A stretch of 64,000 bases of DNA from Auanema rhodensis. Taxonomy: Eukaryota > Animalia > Nematoda. The notes beneath the pieces were generated by a model. That model did not search any database. It was given only the letters and a program-made list of their open reading frames with translations, and was not told the DNA's origin. Shown piece after piece: positions 1-13,917 of this stretch. The number at the start of each line of letters is the position of its first letter. Positions within the stretch are counted from its first letter, which is position 1. The position numbers were made by a program, and so were the translations under genes. The stretch covers positions 8,618,001 through 8,682,000 of the forward strand of contig OZ059900.1 in the NCBI GenBank assembly GCA_964057225.1, in the 5' to 3' direction.

Positions 1-348
1 TCGTGCAAAATACACCTATATCAACATTCTATGACAGTATTTCATACATTTAGTCGTTTTAGAAGAAAAAAATATGCTTAAGATCAAAAGTTTGACTGAT
101 TTTGCCAAAATGCCCTTCAATCCCCAAAAAACCAATAATTCTTGATATTTTCGGTCCTTTTTGACCAAAGTGGTTAAAATTGAACATATATATGTAAAAA
201 TAGTCAAAGTTTATGAATCCTGAATTTCAAATCCATATCTCAAAGGGTCTGATCAAAACATACAGTTTTCACATGTTTTGTACCCAAAATCGTTGAATAT
301 ATGGCGTTTTGAGCATAAAAAGGCCCATATTTCAATCAGTTTTGATAT
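1..348 (+). repeat. Representative satellite monomer (348 bp, ~30% GC, rich in A/T tracts)
   Basis: TCGTGCAAAATACACC at 1 recurs at 349. The monomer start is arbitrary. Common variable sites are at monomer positions 2, 13-16, 19, 22, 31, 42, 73, 89, 103, 113, 121, 183, 189, 196, 197, 206, 235 and 343. Confidence 0.97.
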
Positions 349-3300
349 TCGTGCAAAATACACCTATATGAACATTCTATGACAGTATTTCATACATTTA
401 GTCGTTTTAGAAGAAAAAAATATGCTTAAGATCAAAAGTTTGACTGATTTTGCCAAAATGTCCTTCAAACCCCAAAAAACCAATAATTCTTGATATTTTC
501 GGTCCTTTTTGACCAAAGTGGTTAAAATTGAACATATATATGTGAAAATAGTCAAAGTTTATGAATCCTGAATTTCAAATCCATATCTCAAAGGGTCTGA
601 TCAAAACATACAGTTTTCACATGTTTTGTACCCAAAATCGTTGAATATATGGCGTTTTGAGCATAAAAAGGCCCATATTTCAATCAGTTTGGATATTTGT
701 GCAAAATACACCTATATGAACATTCTATGACAGTCTTCCATACATTTAGTCGTTTTAGAAAAAAAAAATATGCTTAAGATCAAAAGTTTGACTGATTTTG
801 CCAAAATGCCCTTCAATCCCCAAAAAACCAATAATTCTTGATATTTTCGGTCCTTTTTGACCAAAGTGGTTAAAATTGGACATATATATGTAAAAATAGT
901 CAAAGTTTATGAATCCTGAATTTCAAATCCATATCTCAAAGGGTCTGATCAAAACATACAGTTTTCACATGTTTTGTACCCAAAATCGTTGAATATATGG
1001 CGTTTTGAGCATAAAAAGGCCCATATTTCAATCAGTTTCGATATTCGTGCAAAATACACCTATATCAACATTCTATGACAGTATTCCATACATTTAGTCG
1101 TTTTAGAAGAAAAAAATATGCTTAAGATCAAAAGTTTGACTGATTTTGCCAAAATGCCCTTCAATCCCCAAAAAACCAATAATTCTTGATATTTTCGGTC
1201 CTTTTTGACCAAAGTGGTTAAAATTGAACATATATATGTAAAAATAGTCAAAGTTTATGAATCCTGAATTTCAAATCCATATCTCAAAGGGTCTGATCAA
1301 AACATACAGTTTTCACATGTTTTGTACCCAAAATCGTTGAATATATGGCGTTTTGAGCATAAAAAGGCCCATATTTCAATCAGTTTTGATATTTGTGCAA
1401 AATAGACCTATATGAACATTCTATGACAGTATTTCATACATTTAGTCGTTTTAGAAGAAAAAAATATGCTTAAGATCAAAAGTTTGACTGATTTTGCCAA
1501 AATGCCCTTCAATCCCCAAAAAACCAATAATTCTTGATATTTTCGGTCCTTTTTGACCAAAGTGGTTAAAATTGGACATATATATGTAAAAATAGTCAAA
1601 GTTTATGAATCCTGAATTTCAAATCCATATCTCAAAGGGTCTGATCAAAACATACAGTTTTCACATGTTTTGTACCCAAAATCGTTGAATATATGGCGTT
1701 TTGAGCATAAAAAGGCCCATATTTCAATCAGTTTCGATATTCGTGCAAAATACACCTATATCAACATTCTATGACAGTATTCCATACATTTAGTCGTTTT
1801 AGAAGAAAAAAATATGCTTAAGATCAAAAGTTTGACTGATTTTGCCAAAATGCCCTTCAATCCCCAAAAAACCAATAATTCTTGATATTTTCGGTCCTTT
1901 TTGACCAAAGTGGTTAAAATTGAACATATATATGTAAAAATAGTCAAAGTTTATGAATCCTGAATTTCAAATCCATATCTCAAAGGGTCTGATCAAAACA
2001 TACAGTTTTCACATGTTTTGTACCCAAAATCGTTGAATATATGGCGTTTTGAGCATAAAAAGGCCCATATTTCAATCAGTTTTGATATTTGTGCAAAATA
2101 GACCTATATGAACATTCTATGACAGTATTTCATACATTTAGTCGTTTTAGAAGAAAAAAATATGCTTAAGATCAAAAGTTTGACTGATTTTGCCAAAATG
2201 CCCTTCAATCCCCAAAAAACCAATAATTCTTGATATTTTCGGTCCTTTTTGACCAAAGTGGTTAAAATTGGACATATATATGTAAAAATAGTCAAAGTTT
2301 ATGAATCCTGAATTTCAAATCCATATCTCAAAGGGTCTGATCAAAACATACAGTTTTCACATGTTTTGTACCCAAAATCGTTGAATATATGGCGTTTTGA
2401 GCATAAAAAGGCCCATATTTCAATCAGTTTCGATATTCGTGCAAAATACACCTATATCAACATTCTATGACAGTATTCCATACATTTAGTCGTTTTAGAA
2501 GAAAAAAATATGCTTAAGATCAAAAGTTTGACTGATTTAGCCAAAATGTCCTTCAAACCCCAAAAAACCAATAATTCTTGATATTTTCGGTCCTTTTTGA
2601 CCAAAGTGGTTAAAATTGAACATATATATGTAAAAATAGTCAAAGTTTATGAATCCTGAATTTCAAATCCATATCTCAAAGGGTCTGATCAAAACATACA
2701 GTTTTCACATGTTTTGTACCCAAAATCGTTGAATATATGGCGTTTTGAGCATAAAAAGGCCCATATTTCAATCAGTTTTGATATTTGTGCAAAATACACC
2801 TATATGAACATTCTATGACAGTATTTCATACATTTAGTCGTTTTAGAAGAAAAAAATATGCTTAAGATCAGAAGTTTGACTGATTTTGCCAAAATGCCCT
2901 TCAATCCCCAAAAAACCAATAATTCTTGATATTTTCGGTCCTTTTTGACCAAAGTGGTTAAAATTGGACATAAATATGTAAAAATAGTCAAAGTTTATGA
3001 ATCCTGAATTTCAAATCCATATCTCAAAGGGTCTGATCAAAACATACAGTTTTCACATGTTTTGTACCCAAAATCGTTGAATATATGGCGTTTTGAGCAT
3101 AAAAAGGCCCATATTTCAATCAGTTTGGATATTTGTGCAAAATACACCTATATGAACATTCTATGAAAGTATTTCATACATTTAGTCGTTTTAGAAGAAA
3201 AAAATATGCTTAAGATCAAAAGTTTGACTGATTTTGCCAAAATGCCCTTCAATCCCCAAAAAACCAATAATTCTTGATATTTTCGGTCCTTTTTGACCAA

Positions 3301-6300
3301 AGTGGTTAAAATTGGACATAAATATGTAAAAATAGTCAAAGTTTATGAATCCTGAATTTCAAATCCATATCTCAAAGGGTCTGATCAAAACATACAGTTT
3401 TCACATGTTTTGTACCCAAAATCGTTGAATATATGGCGTTTTGAGCATAAAAAGGCCCATATTTCAATCAGTTTCGATATTCTTGCAAAATACACCTATA
3501 TCAACATTCTATGACAGTATTCCATACATTTAGTCGTTTTAGAAGAAAAAAATATGCTTAAGATCAAAAGTTTGACTGATTTTGCCAAAATGCCCTTCAA
3601 TCCCCAAAAAACCAATAATTCTTGATATTTTCGGTCCTTTTTGACCAAAGTGGTTAAAATTGGACATATATATGTGAAAATAGTCAAAGTTTATGAATCC
3701 TGAATTTCAAATCCATATCTCAAAGGGTCTGATCAAAACATACAGTTTTCACATGTTTTGTACCCAAAATCGTTGAATATATGGCGTTTTGAGCATAAAA
3801 AGGCCCATATTTCAATCAGTTTCGATATTCGTGCAAAATACACCTATATCAACATTCTATGACAGTATTCCATACATTTAGTCGTTTTAGAAGAAAAAAA
3901 TATGCTTAAGATCAAAAGTTTGACTGATTTTGCCAAAATGCCCTTCAATCCCCAAAAAACCAATAATTCTTGATATTTTCGGTCCTTTTCGACCAAAGTG
4001 GTTAAAATTGGACATAAATATGTAAAAATAGTCAAAGTTTATGAATCCTGAATTTCAAATCCATATCTCAAAGGGTCTGATCAAAACATACAGTTTTCAC
4101 ATGTTTTGTACCCAAAATCGTTGAATATATGGCGTTTTGAGCATAAAAAGGCCCATATTTCAATCAGTTTCGATATTCGTGCAAAATACACCTATATCAA
4201 CATTCTATGACAGTATTCCATACATTTAGTCGTTTTAGAAGAAACAAATATGCTTAAGATCAAAAGTTTGACTGATTTTGCCAAAATGCCCTTCAATCCC
4301 CAAAAAACCAATAATTCTTGATATTTTCGGTCCTTTTTGACCAAAGTGGTTAAAATTGAACATATATATGTAAAAATAGTCAAAGTTTATGAATCCTGAA
4401 TTTCAAATCCATATCTCAAAGGGTCTGATCAAAACATACAGTTTTCACATGTTTTGTACCCAAAATCGTTGAATATATGGCGTTTTGAGCATAAAAAGGC
4501 CCATATTTCAATCAGTTTTGATATTTGTGCAAAATAGACCTATATGAACATTCTATGACAGTATTTCATACATTTAGTCGTTTTAGAAGAAAAAAATATG
4601 CTTAAGATCAAAAGTTTGACTGATTTTGCCAAAATGCCCTTCAATCCCCAAAAAACCAATAATTCTTGATATTTTCGGTCTTTTTTGACCAAAGTGGTTA
4701 AAATTGGACATAAATATGTAAAAATAGTCAAAGTTTATGAATCCTGAATTTCAAATCCATATCTCAAAGGGTCTGATCAAAACATACAGTTTTCACATGT
4801 TTTGTACCCAAAATCGTTGAATATATGGCGTTTTGAGCATAAAAAGGCCCATATTTCAATCAGTTTTGATATTCGTGCAAAATACACCTATATGAACATT
4901 CTTTGACAGTATTTCATACATTTAGTCGTTTTAGAAGAAAAAAATATGCTTAAGATCAAAAGTTTGACTGATTTTGCCAAAATGCCCTTCAAACCCCAAA
5001 AAACCAATAATTCTTGATATTTTCGGTCCTTTTTGACCAAAGTGGTTAAAATTGGACATATATATGTAGAAATAGTCGAAGTTTATGAATCCTGAATTTC
5101 AAATCCATATCTCAAAGGGTCTGATCAAAACATACAGTTTTCACATGTTTTGTACCCAAAATCGTTGAATATATGGCGTTTTGAGCATAAAAAGGCCCAT
5201 ATTTCAATCAGTTTTGATATTCGTGCAAAATACACCTATATCAACATTCTATGACAGTATTTCATACATTTAGTCGTTTTAGAAGAAAAAAATATGCTTA
5301 AGATCAAAAGTTTGACTGATTTTGCCAAAATGCCCTTCAATCCCCAAAAAACCAATAATTCTTGATATTTTCGGTCCTTTTTGACCAAAGTGGTTAAAAT
5401 TGAACATATATATGTAAAAATAGTCAAAGTTTATGAATCCTGAATTTCAAATCCATATCTCAAAGGGTCTGATCAAAACATACAGTTTTCACATGTTTTG
5501 TACCCAAAATCGTTGAATATATGGCGTTTTGAGCATAAAAAGGCCCATATTTCAATCAGTTTTGATATTCGTGCAAAATACACCTATATGAACATTCTAT
5601 GACAGTATTTCATACATTTAGTCGTTTTAGAAGAAAAAAATATGCTTAAGATCAAAAGTTTGACTGATTTTGCCAAAATGTCCTTCAAACCCCAAAAAAC
5701 CAATAATTCTTGATATTTTCGGTCCTTTTTGACCAAAGTGGTTAAAATTGAACATATATATGTGAAAATAGTCAAAGTTTATGAATCCTGAATTTCAAAT
5801 CCATATCTCAAAGGGTCTGATCAAAACATACAGTTTTCACATGTTTTGTACCCAAAATCGTTGAATATATGGCGTTTTGAGCATAAAAAGGCCCATATTT
5901 CAATCAGTTTGGATATTTGTGCAAAATACACCTATATGAACATTCTATGACAGTCTTCCATACATTTAGTCGTTTTAGAAAAAAAAAATATGCTTAAGAT
6001 CAAAAGTTTGACTGATTTTGCCAAAATGCCCTTCAATCCCCAAAAAACCAATAATTCTTGATATTTTCGGTCCTTTTTGACCAAAGTGGTTAAAATTGGA
6101 CATATATATGTAAAAATAGTCAAAGTTTATGAATCCTGAATTTCAAATCCATATCTCAAAGGGTCTGATCAAAACATACAGTTTTCACATGTTTTGTACC
6201 CAAAATCGTTGAATATATGGCGTTTTGAGCATAAAAAGGCCCATATTTCAATCAGTTTCGATATTCGTGCAAAATACACCTATATCAACATTCTATGACA

Positions 6301-6960
6301 GTATTCCATACATTTAGTCGTTTTAGAAGAAAAAAATATGCTTAAGATCAAAAGTTTGACTGATTTTGCCAAAATGCCCTTCAATCCCCAAAAAACCAAT
6401 AATTCTTGATATTTTCGGTCCTTTTTGACCAAAGTGGTTAAAATTGAACATATATATGTAAAAATAGTCAAAGTTTATGAATCCTGAATTTCAAATCCAT
6501 ATCTCAAAGGGTCTGATCAAAACATACAGTTTTCACATGTTTTGTACCCAAAATCGTTGAATATATGGCGTTTTGAGCATAAAAAGGCCCATATTTCAAT
6601 CAGTTTTGATATTTGTGCAAAATAGACCTATATGAACATTCTATGACAGTATTTCATACATTTAGTCGTTTTAGAAGAAAAAAATATGCTTAAGATCAAA
6701 AGTTTGACTGATTTTGCCAAAATGCCCTTCAATCCCCAAAAAACCAATAATTCTTGATATTTTCGGTCCTTTTTGACCAAAGTGGTTAAAATTGGACATA
6801 TATATGTAAAAATAGTCAAAGTTTATGAATCCTGAATTTCAAATCCATATCTCAAAGGGTCTGATCAAAACATACAGTTTTCACATGTTTTGTACCCAAA
6901 ATCGTTGAATATATGGCGTTTTGAGCATAAAAAGGCCCATATTTCAATCAGTTTCGATAT
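1..6960. repeat. 5-monomer block (1-1740) duplicated at 5221-6960 (offset 5220 bp = 15 monomers)
   Basis: The rare allele pair CAGTCTTCCA + TAGAAAAAAAAAATATG occurs together only at ~735/761 and ~5955/5981. The five flanking ORF translations are identical in order. Confidence 0.88.
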
Positions 6961-9900
6961 TCGTGCAAAATACACCTATATCAACATTCTAAGACAGTAT
7001 TCCATACATTTAGTCGTTTTAGAAGAAAAAAATATGCTTAAGATCAAAAGTTTGACTGATTTAGCCAAAATGTCCTTCAAACCCCAAAAAACCAATAATT
7101 CTTGATATTTTCGGTCCTTTTTGACCAAAGTGGTTAGAATTGGACATAAATATGTAAAAATAGTCAAAGTTTATGAATCCTGAATTTCAAATCCATATCT
7201 CAAAGGGTCTGATCAAAACATACAGTTTTCACATGTTTTGTACCCAAAATCGTTGAATATATGGCGTTTTGAGCATAAAAAGGCCCATATTTCAATCAGT
7301 TTGGATATTTGTGCAAAATACACCTATATGAACATTCTATGAAAGTATTTCATACATTTAGTCGTTTTAGAAGAAAAAAATATGCTTAAGATCAAAAGTT
7401 TGACTGATTTTGCCAAAATGCCCTTCAATCCCCAAAAAACCAATAATTCTTGATATTTTCGGTCCTTTTTGACCAAAGTGGTTAAAATTGGACATAAATA
7501 TGTAAAAATAGTCAAAGTTTATGAATCCTGAATTTCAAATCCATATCTCAAAGGGTCTGATCAAAACATACAGTTTTCACATGTTTTGTACCCAAAATCG
7601 TTGAATATATGGCGTTTTGAGCATAAAAAGGCCCATATTTCAATCAGTTTTGATATTCGTGCAAAATACACCTATATGAACATTCTTTGACAGTATTTCA
7701 TACATTTAGTCGTTTTAGAAGAAAAAAATATGCTTAAGATCAAAAGTTTGACTGATTTTGCCAAAATGTCCTTCAAACCCCAAAAAACCAATAATTTTTG
7801 ATATTTTCGGTCCTTTTTGACCAAAGTGGTTAAAATTGAACATATATATGTGAAAATAGTCAAAGTTTATGAATCCTGAATTTCAAATCCATATCTCAAA
7901 GGGTCTGATCAAAACATACAGTTTTCACATGTTTTGTACCCAAAATCGTTGAATATATGGCGTTTTGAGCATAAAAAGGCCCATATTTCAATCAGTTTCG
8001 ATATTCGTGCAAAATACACCTATATGAACATTCTATGACAGTATTCCATACATTTAGTCGTTTTAGAAGAAAAAAATATGCTTAAGATCAAAAGTTTGAC
8101 TGATTTTGCCAAAATGCCCTTCAAACCCCAAAAAACCAATAATTCTTGATATTTTCGGTCCTTTTTGACCAAAGTGGTTAAAATTGGACATATATATGTA
8201 GAAATAGTCGAAGTTTATGAATCCTGAATTTCAAATCCATATCTCAAAGGGTCTGATCAAAACATACAGTTTTCACATGTTTTGTACCCAAAATCGTTGA
8301 ATATATGGCGTTTTGAGCATAAAAAGGCCCATATTTCAATCAGTTTTGATATTCGTGCAAAATACACCTATATGAACATTCTATGACAGTATTTCATACA
8401 TTTAGTCGTTTTAGAAGAAAAAAACATGCTTAAGATCAAAAGTTTGACTGATTTAGCCAAAATGTCCTTCAAACCCCAAAAAACCAATAATTCTTGATAT
8501 TTTCGGTCCTTTTTGACCAAAGTGTTTAAAATTGAACATATATATGTGAAAATAGTCAAAGTTTATGAATCCTGAATTTCAAATCCATATCTCAAAGGGT
8601 CTGATCAAAACATAAAGTTTTCACATGTTTTGTACCCAAAATCGTTGAATATATGGCGTTTTGAGCATAAAAAGGCCCATATTTCAATCAGTTTCGATAT
8701 TCGTGCAAAATACACCTATATCAACATTCTATGACAGTATTTCGTACATTTAGTCGTTTTAGAAGAAAAAAATATGCTTAAGATCAAAAGTTTGACTGAT
8801 TTTGCCAAAATGCCTTCAATCCCCAAAAAACCAATAATTCTTGATATTTTCGGTCCTTTTTGACCAAAGTGGTTAAAATTGGACATATATATGTAAAAAT
8901 AGTCAAAGTTTATGAATCCTGAATTTCAAATCCATATCTCAAAGGGTCTGATCAAAACATACAGTTTTCACATGTTTTGTACCCAAAATCGTTGAATATA
9001 TGGCGTTTTGAGCATAAAAAGGCCCATATTTCAATCAGTTTTGATATTTGTGCAAAATAGACCTATATGAACATTCTATGACAGTATTCCATACATTTAG
9101 TCGTTTTAGAAGAAAAAAACATGCTTAAGATCAAAAGTTTGACTGATTTTGCCAAAATGTCCTTCAAACCCCAAAAAACCAATAATTCATGATATTTTCG
9201 GTCCTTTTTGACCAAAGTGGTTAAAATTGAACATATATATGTGAAAATAGTCAAAGTTTATGAATCCTGAATTTCAAATCCATATCTCAAAGGGTCTGAT
9301 CAAAACATACAGTTTTCACATGTTTTGTACCCAAAATCGTTGAATATATGGCGTTTTGAGCATAAAAAGGCCCATATTTCAATCAGTTTTGATATTCGTG
9401 CAAAATACACCTACATCAACATTCTATGACAGTATTCCATACATTTAGTCGTTTTAGAAGAAAAAAACATGCTTAAGATCAAAAGTTTGACTGATTTAGC
9501 CAAAATGCCCTTCAAACCCCAAAAAACCAATAATTCTTGATATTTTCGGTCCTTTTTGACCAAAGTGGTTAAAATTGGACATATATATGTAGAAATAGTC
9601 GAAGTTTATGAATCCTGAATTTCAAATCCGTATCTCAAAGGGTCTGATCAAAACATACAGTTTTCACATGTTTTGTACCCAAAATCGTTGAATATATGGC
9701 GTTTTGAGCATAAAAAGGCCCATATTTCAATCAGTTTTGATATTCGTGCAAAATACAGCTATATCAACATTCTATGACAGTATTTCATACATTTAGTCGT
9801 TTTAGAAGAAAAAAATATGCTTAAGATCAAAAGTTTGACTGATTTTGCCAAAATGCCTTCAATCCCCAAAAAACCAATAATTCTTGATATTTTCGGTCCT

Positions 9901-12900
9901 TTTTGACCAAAGTGGTTAAAATTGGACATATATATGTAAAAATAGTCAAAGTTTATGAATCCTGAATTTCAAATCCATATCTCAAAGGGTCTGATCAAAA
10001 CATACAGTTTTCACATGTTTTGTACCCAAAATCGTTGAATATATGGCGTTTTGAGCATAAAAAGGCCCATATTTCAATCAGTTTTGATATTTGTGCAAAA
10101 TAGACCTATATGAACATTCTATGACAGTATTCCATACATTTAGTCGTTTTAGAAGAAAAAAACATGCTTAAGATCAAAAGTTTGACTGATTTTGCCAAAA
10201 TGTCCTTCAAACCCCAAAAAACCAATAATTCTTGATATTTTCGGTCCTTTTTGACCAAAGTGGTTAAAATTGAACATATATATGTGAAAATAGTCAAAGT
10301 TTATGAATCCTGAATTTCAAATCCATATCTCAAAGGGTCTGATCAAAACATACAGTTTTCACATGTTTTGTACCCAAAATCGTTGAATATATGGCGTTTT
10401 GAGCATAAAAAGGCCCATATTTCAATCAGTTTTGATATTCGTGCAAAATACACCTACATCAACATTCTATGACAGTATTCCATACATTTAGTCGTTTTAG
10501 AAGAAAAAAACATGCTTAAGATCAAAAGTTTGACTGATTTAGCCAAAATGCCCTTCAAACCCCAAAAAACCAATAATTCTTGATATTTTCGGTCCTTTTT
10601 GACCAAAGTGGTTAAAATTGGACATATATATGTAGAAATAGTCGAAGTTTATGAATCCTGAATTTCAAATCCGTATCTCAAAGGGTCTGATCAAAACATA
10701 CAGTTTTCACATGTTTTGTACCCAAAATCGTTGAATATATGGCGTTTTGAGCATAAAAAGGCCCATATTTCAATCAGTTTTGATATTCGTGCAAAATACA
10801 GCTATATCAACATTCTATGACAGTATTTCATACATTTAGTCGTTTTAGAAGAAAAAAATATGCTTAAGATCAAAAGTTTGACTGATTTTGCCAAAATGTC
10901 CTTCAAACCCCAAAAAACCAATAATTCTTGATATTTTCGGTCCTTTTTGACCAAAGTGGTTAAAATTGAACATATATATGTGAAAATAGTCAAAGTTTAT
11001 GAATCCTGAATTTCAAATCCATATCTCAAAGGGTCTGATCAAAACATACAGTTTTCACATGTTTTGTACCCAAAATCGTTGAATATATGGCGTTTTGAGC
11101 ATAAAAAGGCCCATATTTCAATCAGTTTCGATATTCGTGCAAAATACACCTATATCAACATTCTATGACAGTATTTCATACATTTAGTCGTTTTAGAAGA
11201 AAAAAATATGCTTAAGATCAAAAGTTTGACTGATTTTGCCAAAATGCCCTTCAATCCCCAAAAAACCAATAATTCTTGATATTTTCGGTCCTTTTTGACC
11301 AAAGTGGTTAAAATTGGACATATATATGTAAAAATAGTCAAAGTTTATGAATCCTGAATTTCAAATCCATATCTCAAAGGGTCTGATCAAAACATACAGT
11401 TTTCACATGTTTTGTACCCAAAATCGTTGAATATATGGCGTTTTGAGCATAAAAAGGCCCATATTTCAATCAGTTTCGATATTCGTGCAAAATACACCTA
11501 TATCAACATTCTATGACAGTATTCCATACATTTAGTCGTTTTAGAAGAAAAAAATATGCTTAAGATCAAAAGTTTGACTGATTTAGCCAAAATGTCCTTC
11601 AAACCCCAAAAAACCAATAATTCTTGATATTTTCGGTCCTTTTTGACCAAAGTGGTTAAAATTGGACATAAATATGTAAAAATAGTCAAAGTTTATGAAT
11701 CCTGAATTTCAAATCCATATCTCAAAGGGTCTGATCAAAACATACAGTTTTCACATGTTTTGTACCCAAAATCGTTGAATATATGGCGTTTTGAGCATAA
11801 AAAGGCCCATATTTCAATCAGTTTGGATATTTGTGCAAAATACACCTATATGAACATTCTATGAAAGTATTTCATACATTTAGTCGTTTTAGAAGAAAAA
11901 AATATGCTTAAGATCAAAAGTTTGACTGATTTTGCCAAAATGCCCTTCAATCCCCAAAAAACCAATAATTCTTGATATTTTCGGTCCTTTTTGACCAAAG
12001 TGGTTAAAATTGGACATAAATATGTAAAAATAGTCAAAGTTTATGAATCCTGAATTTCAAATCCATATCTCAAAGGGTCTGATCAAAACATACAGTTTTC
12101 ACATGTTTTGTACCCAAAATCGTTGAATATATGGCGTTTTGAGCATAAAAAGGCCCATATTTCAATCAGTTTTGATATTCGTGCAAAATACACCTATATG
12201 AACATTCTTTGACAGTATTTCATACATTTAGTCGTTTTAGAAGAAAAAAATATGCTTAAGATCAAAAGTTTGACTGATTTTGCCAAAATGTCCTTCAAAC
12301 CCCAAAAAACCAATAATTTTTGATATTTTCGGTCCTTTTTGACCAAAGTGGTTAAAATTGAACATATATATGTGAAAATAGTCAAAGTTTATGAATCCTG
12401 AATTTCAAATCCATATCTCAAAGGGTCTGATCAAAACATACAGTTTTCACATGTTTTGTACCCAAAATCGTTGAATATATGGCGTTTTGAGCATAAAAAG
12501 GCCCATATTTCAATCAGTTTCGATATTCGTGCAAAATACACCTATATGAACATTCTATGACAGTATTCCATACATTTAGTCGTTTTAGAAGAAAAAAATA
12601 TGCTTAAGATCAAAAGTTTGACTGATTTTGCCAAAATGTCCTTCAAACCCCAAAAAACCAATAATTTTTGATATTTTCGGTCCTTTTTGACCAAAGTGGT
12701 TAAAATTGGACATATATATGTAAAAATAGTCGAAGTTTATGAATCCTGAATTTCAAATCCGTATCTCAAAGGGTCTGATCAAAACATACAGTTTTCACAT
12801 GTTTTGTACCCAAAATCGTTGAATATATGGCGTTTTGAGCATAAAAAGGCCCATATTTCAATCAGTTTTGATATTCGTGCAAAATACAGCTATATCAACA

Positions 12901-13917
12901 TTCTATGACAGTATTTCATACATTTAGTCGTTTTAGAAGAAAAAAATATGCTTAAGATCAAAAGTTTGACTGATTTTGCCAAAATGTCCTTCAAACCCCA
13001 AAAAACCAATAATTCTTGATATTTTCGGTCCTTTTTGACCAAAGTGGTTAAAATTGGACATATATATGTAGAAATAGTCGAAGTTTATGAATCCTGAATT
13101 TCAAATCCATATCTCAAAGGGTCTGATCAAAACATACAGTTTTCACATGTTTTGTACCCAAAATCGTTGAATATATGGCGTTTTGAGCATAAAAAGGCCC
13201 ATATTTCAATCAGTTTTGATATTCGTGCAAAATACACCTATATGAACATTCTATGACAGTATTTCATACATTTAGTCGTTTTAGAAGAAAAAAACATGCT
13301 TAAGATCAAAAGTTTGACTGATTTAGCCAAAATGTCCTTCAAACCCCAAAAAACCAATAATTCTTGATATTTTCGGTCCTTTTTGACCAAAGTGTTTAAA
13401 ATTGAACATATATATGTGAAAATAGTCAAAGTTTATGAATCCTGAATTTCAAATCCATATCTCAAAGGGTCTGATCAAAACATAAAGTTTTCACATGTTT
13501 TGTACCCAAAATCGTTGAATATATGGCGTTTTGAGCATAAAAAGGCCCATATTTCAATCAGTTTCGATATTCGTGCAAAATACACCTATATCAACATTCT
13601 ATGACAGTATTTCGTACATTTAGTCGTTTTAGAAGAAAAAAATATGCTTAAGATCAAAAGTTTGACTGATTTTGCCAAAATGCCTTCAATCCCCAAAAAA
13701 CCAATAATTCTTGATATTTTCGGTCCTTTTTGACCAAAGTGGTTAAAATTGGACATATATATGTAGAAATAGTCGAAGTTTATGAATCCTGAATTTCAAA
13801 TCCGTATCTCAAAGGGTCTGATCAAAACATACAGTTTTCACATGTTTTGTACCCAAAATCGTTGAATATATGGCGTTTTGAGCATAAAAAGGCCCATATT
13901 TCAATCAGTTTTGATAT
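6961..13917. repeat. Block of monomers 21-26 (6961-9047) re-copied as monomers 34-40 (11483-13917) with one extra recombinant monomer
   Basis: The same ordered rare markers occur in both blocks: ATGAAAGT (7343/11865), AATAATTTTTG (7797/12319), AGTGTTTAAA (8525/13395), CATAAAGT (8615/13485), TTCGTAC (8744/13614) and the 1-bp deletion (8813/13683). Confidence 0.82.

Noticed and set aside
100-125. CCAAAATGCCCTT, reminiscent of motifs in plant MITE/Mutator-like terminal repeats, suggesting a transposon origin
   Set aside because: No paired terminal inverted repeat, target-site duplication or transposase remnant is visible. The resemblance is too short to support without a database search.
322-328. 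GGCCCAT (plant site II/TCP-like motif) and TATA-like ATATATAT as a promoter
   Set aside because: These are short motifs with no downstream gene, expected by chance. The repetition is not independent evidence.
1-348. 5S rDNA, tRNA or snRNA tandem gene array
   Set aside because: The unit size is compatible with 5S arrays, but the monomer is ~30% GC with no recognisable 5S sequence, tRNA cloverleaf or Pol III internal boxes.
1-348. CENP-B box or telomeric repeats
   Set aside because: No match to the NTTCGNNNNANNCGGGN core on either strand and no TTAGGG/TTTAGGG/TTAGG tracts were seen.
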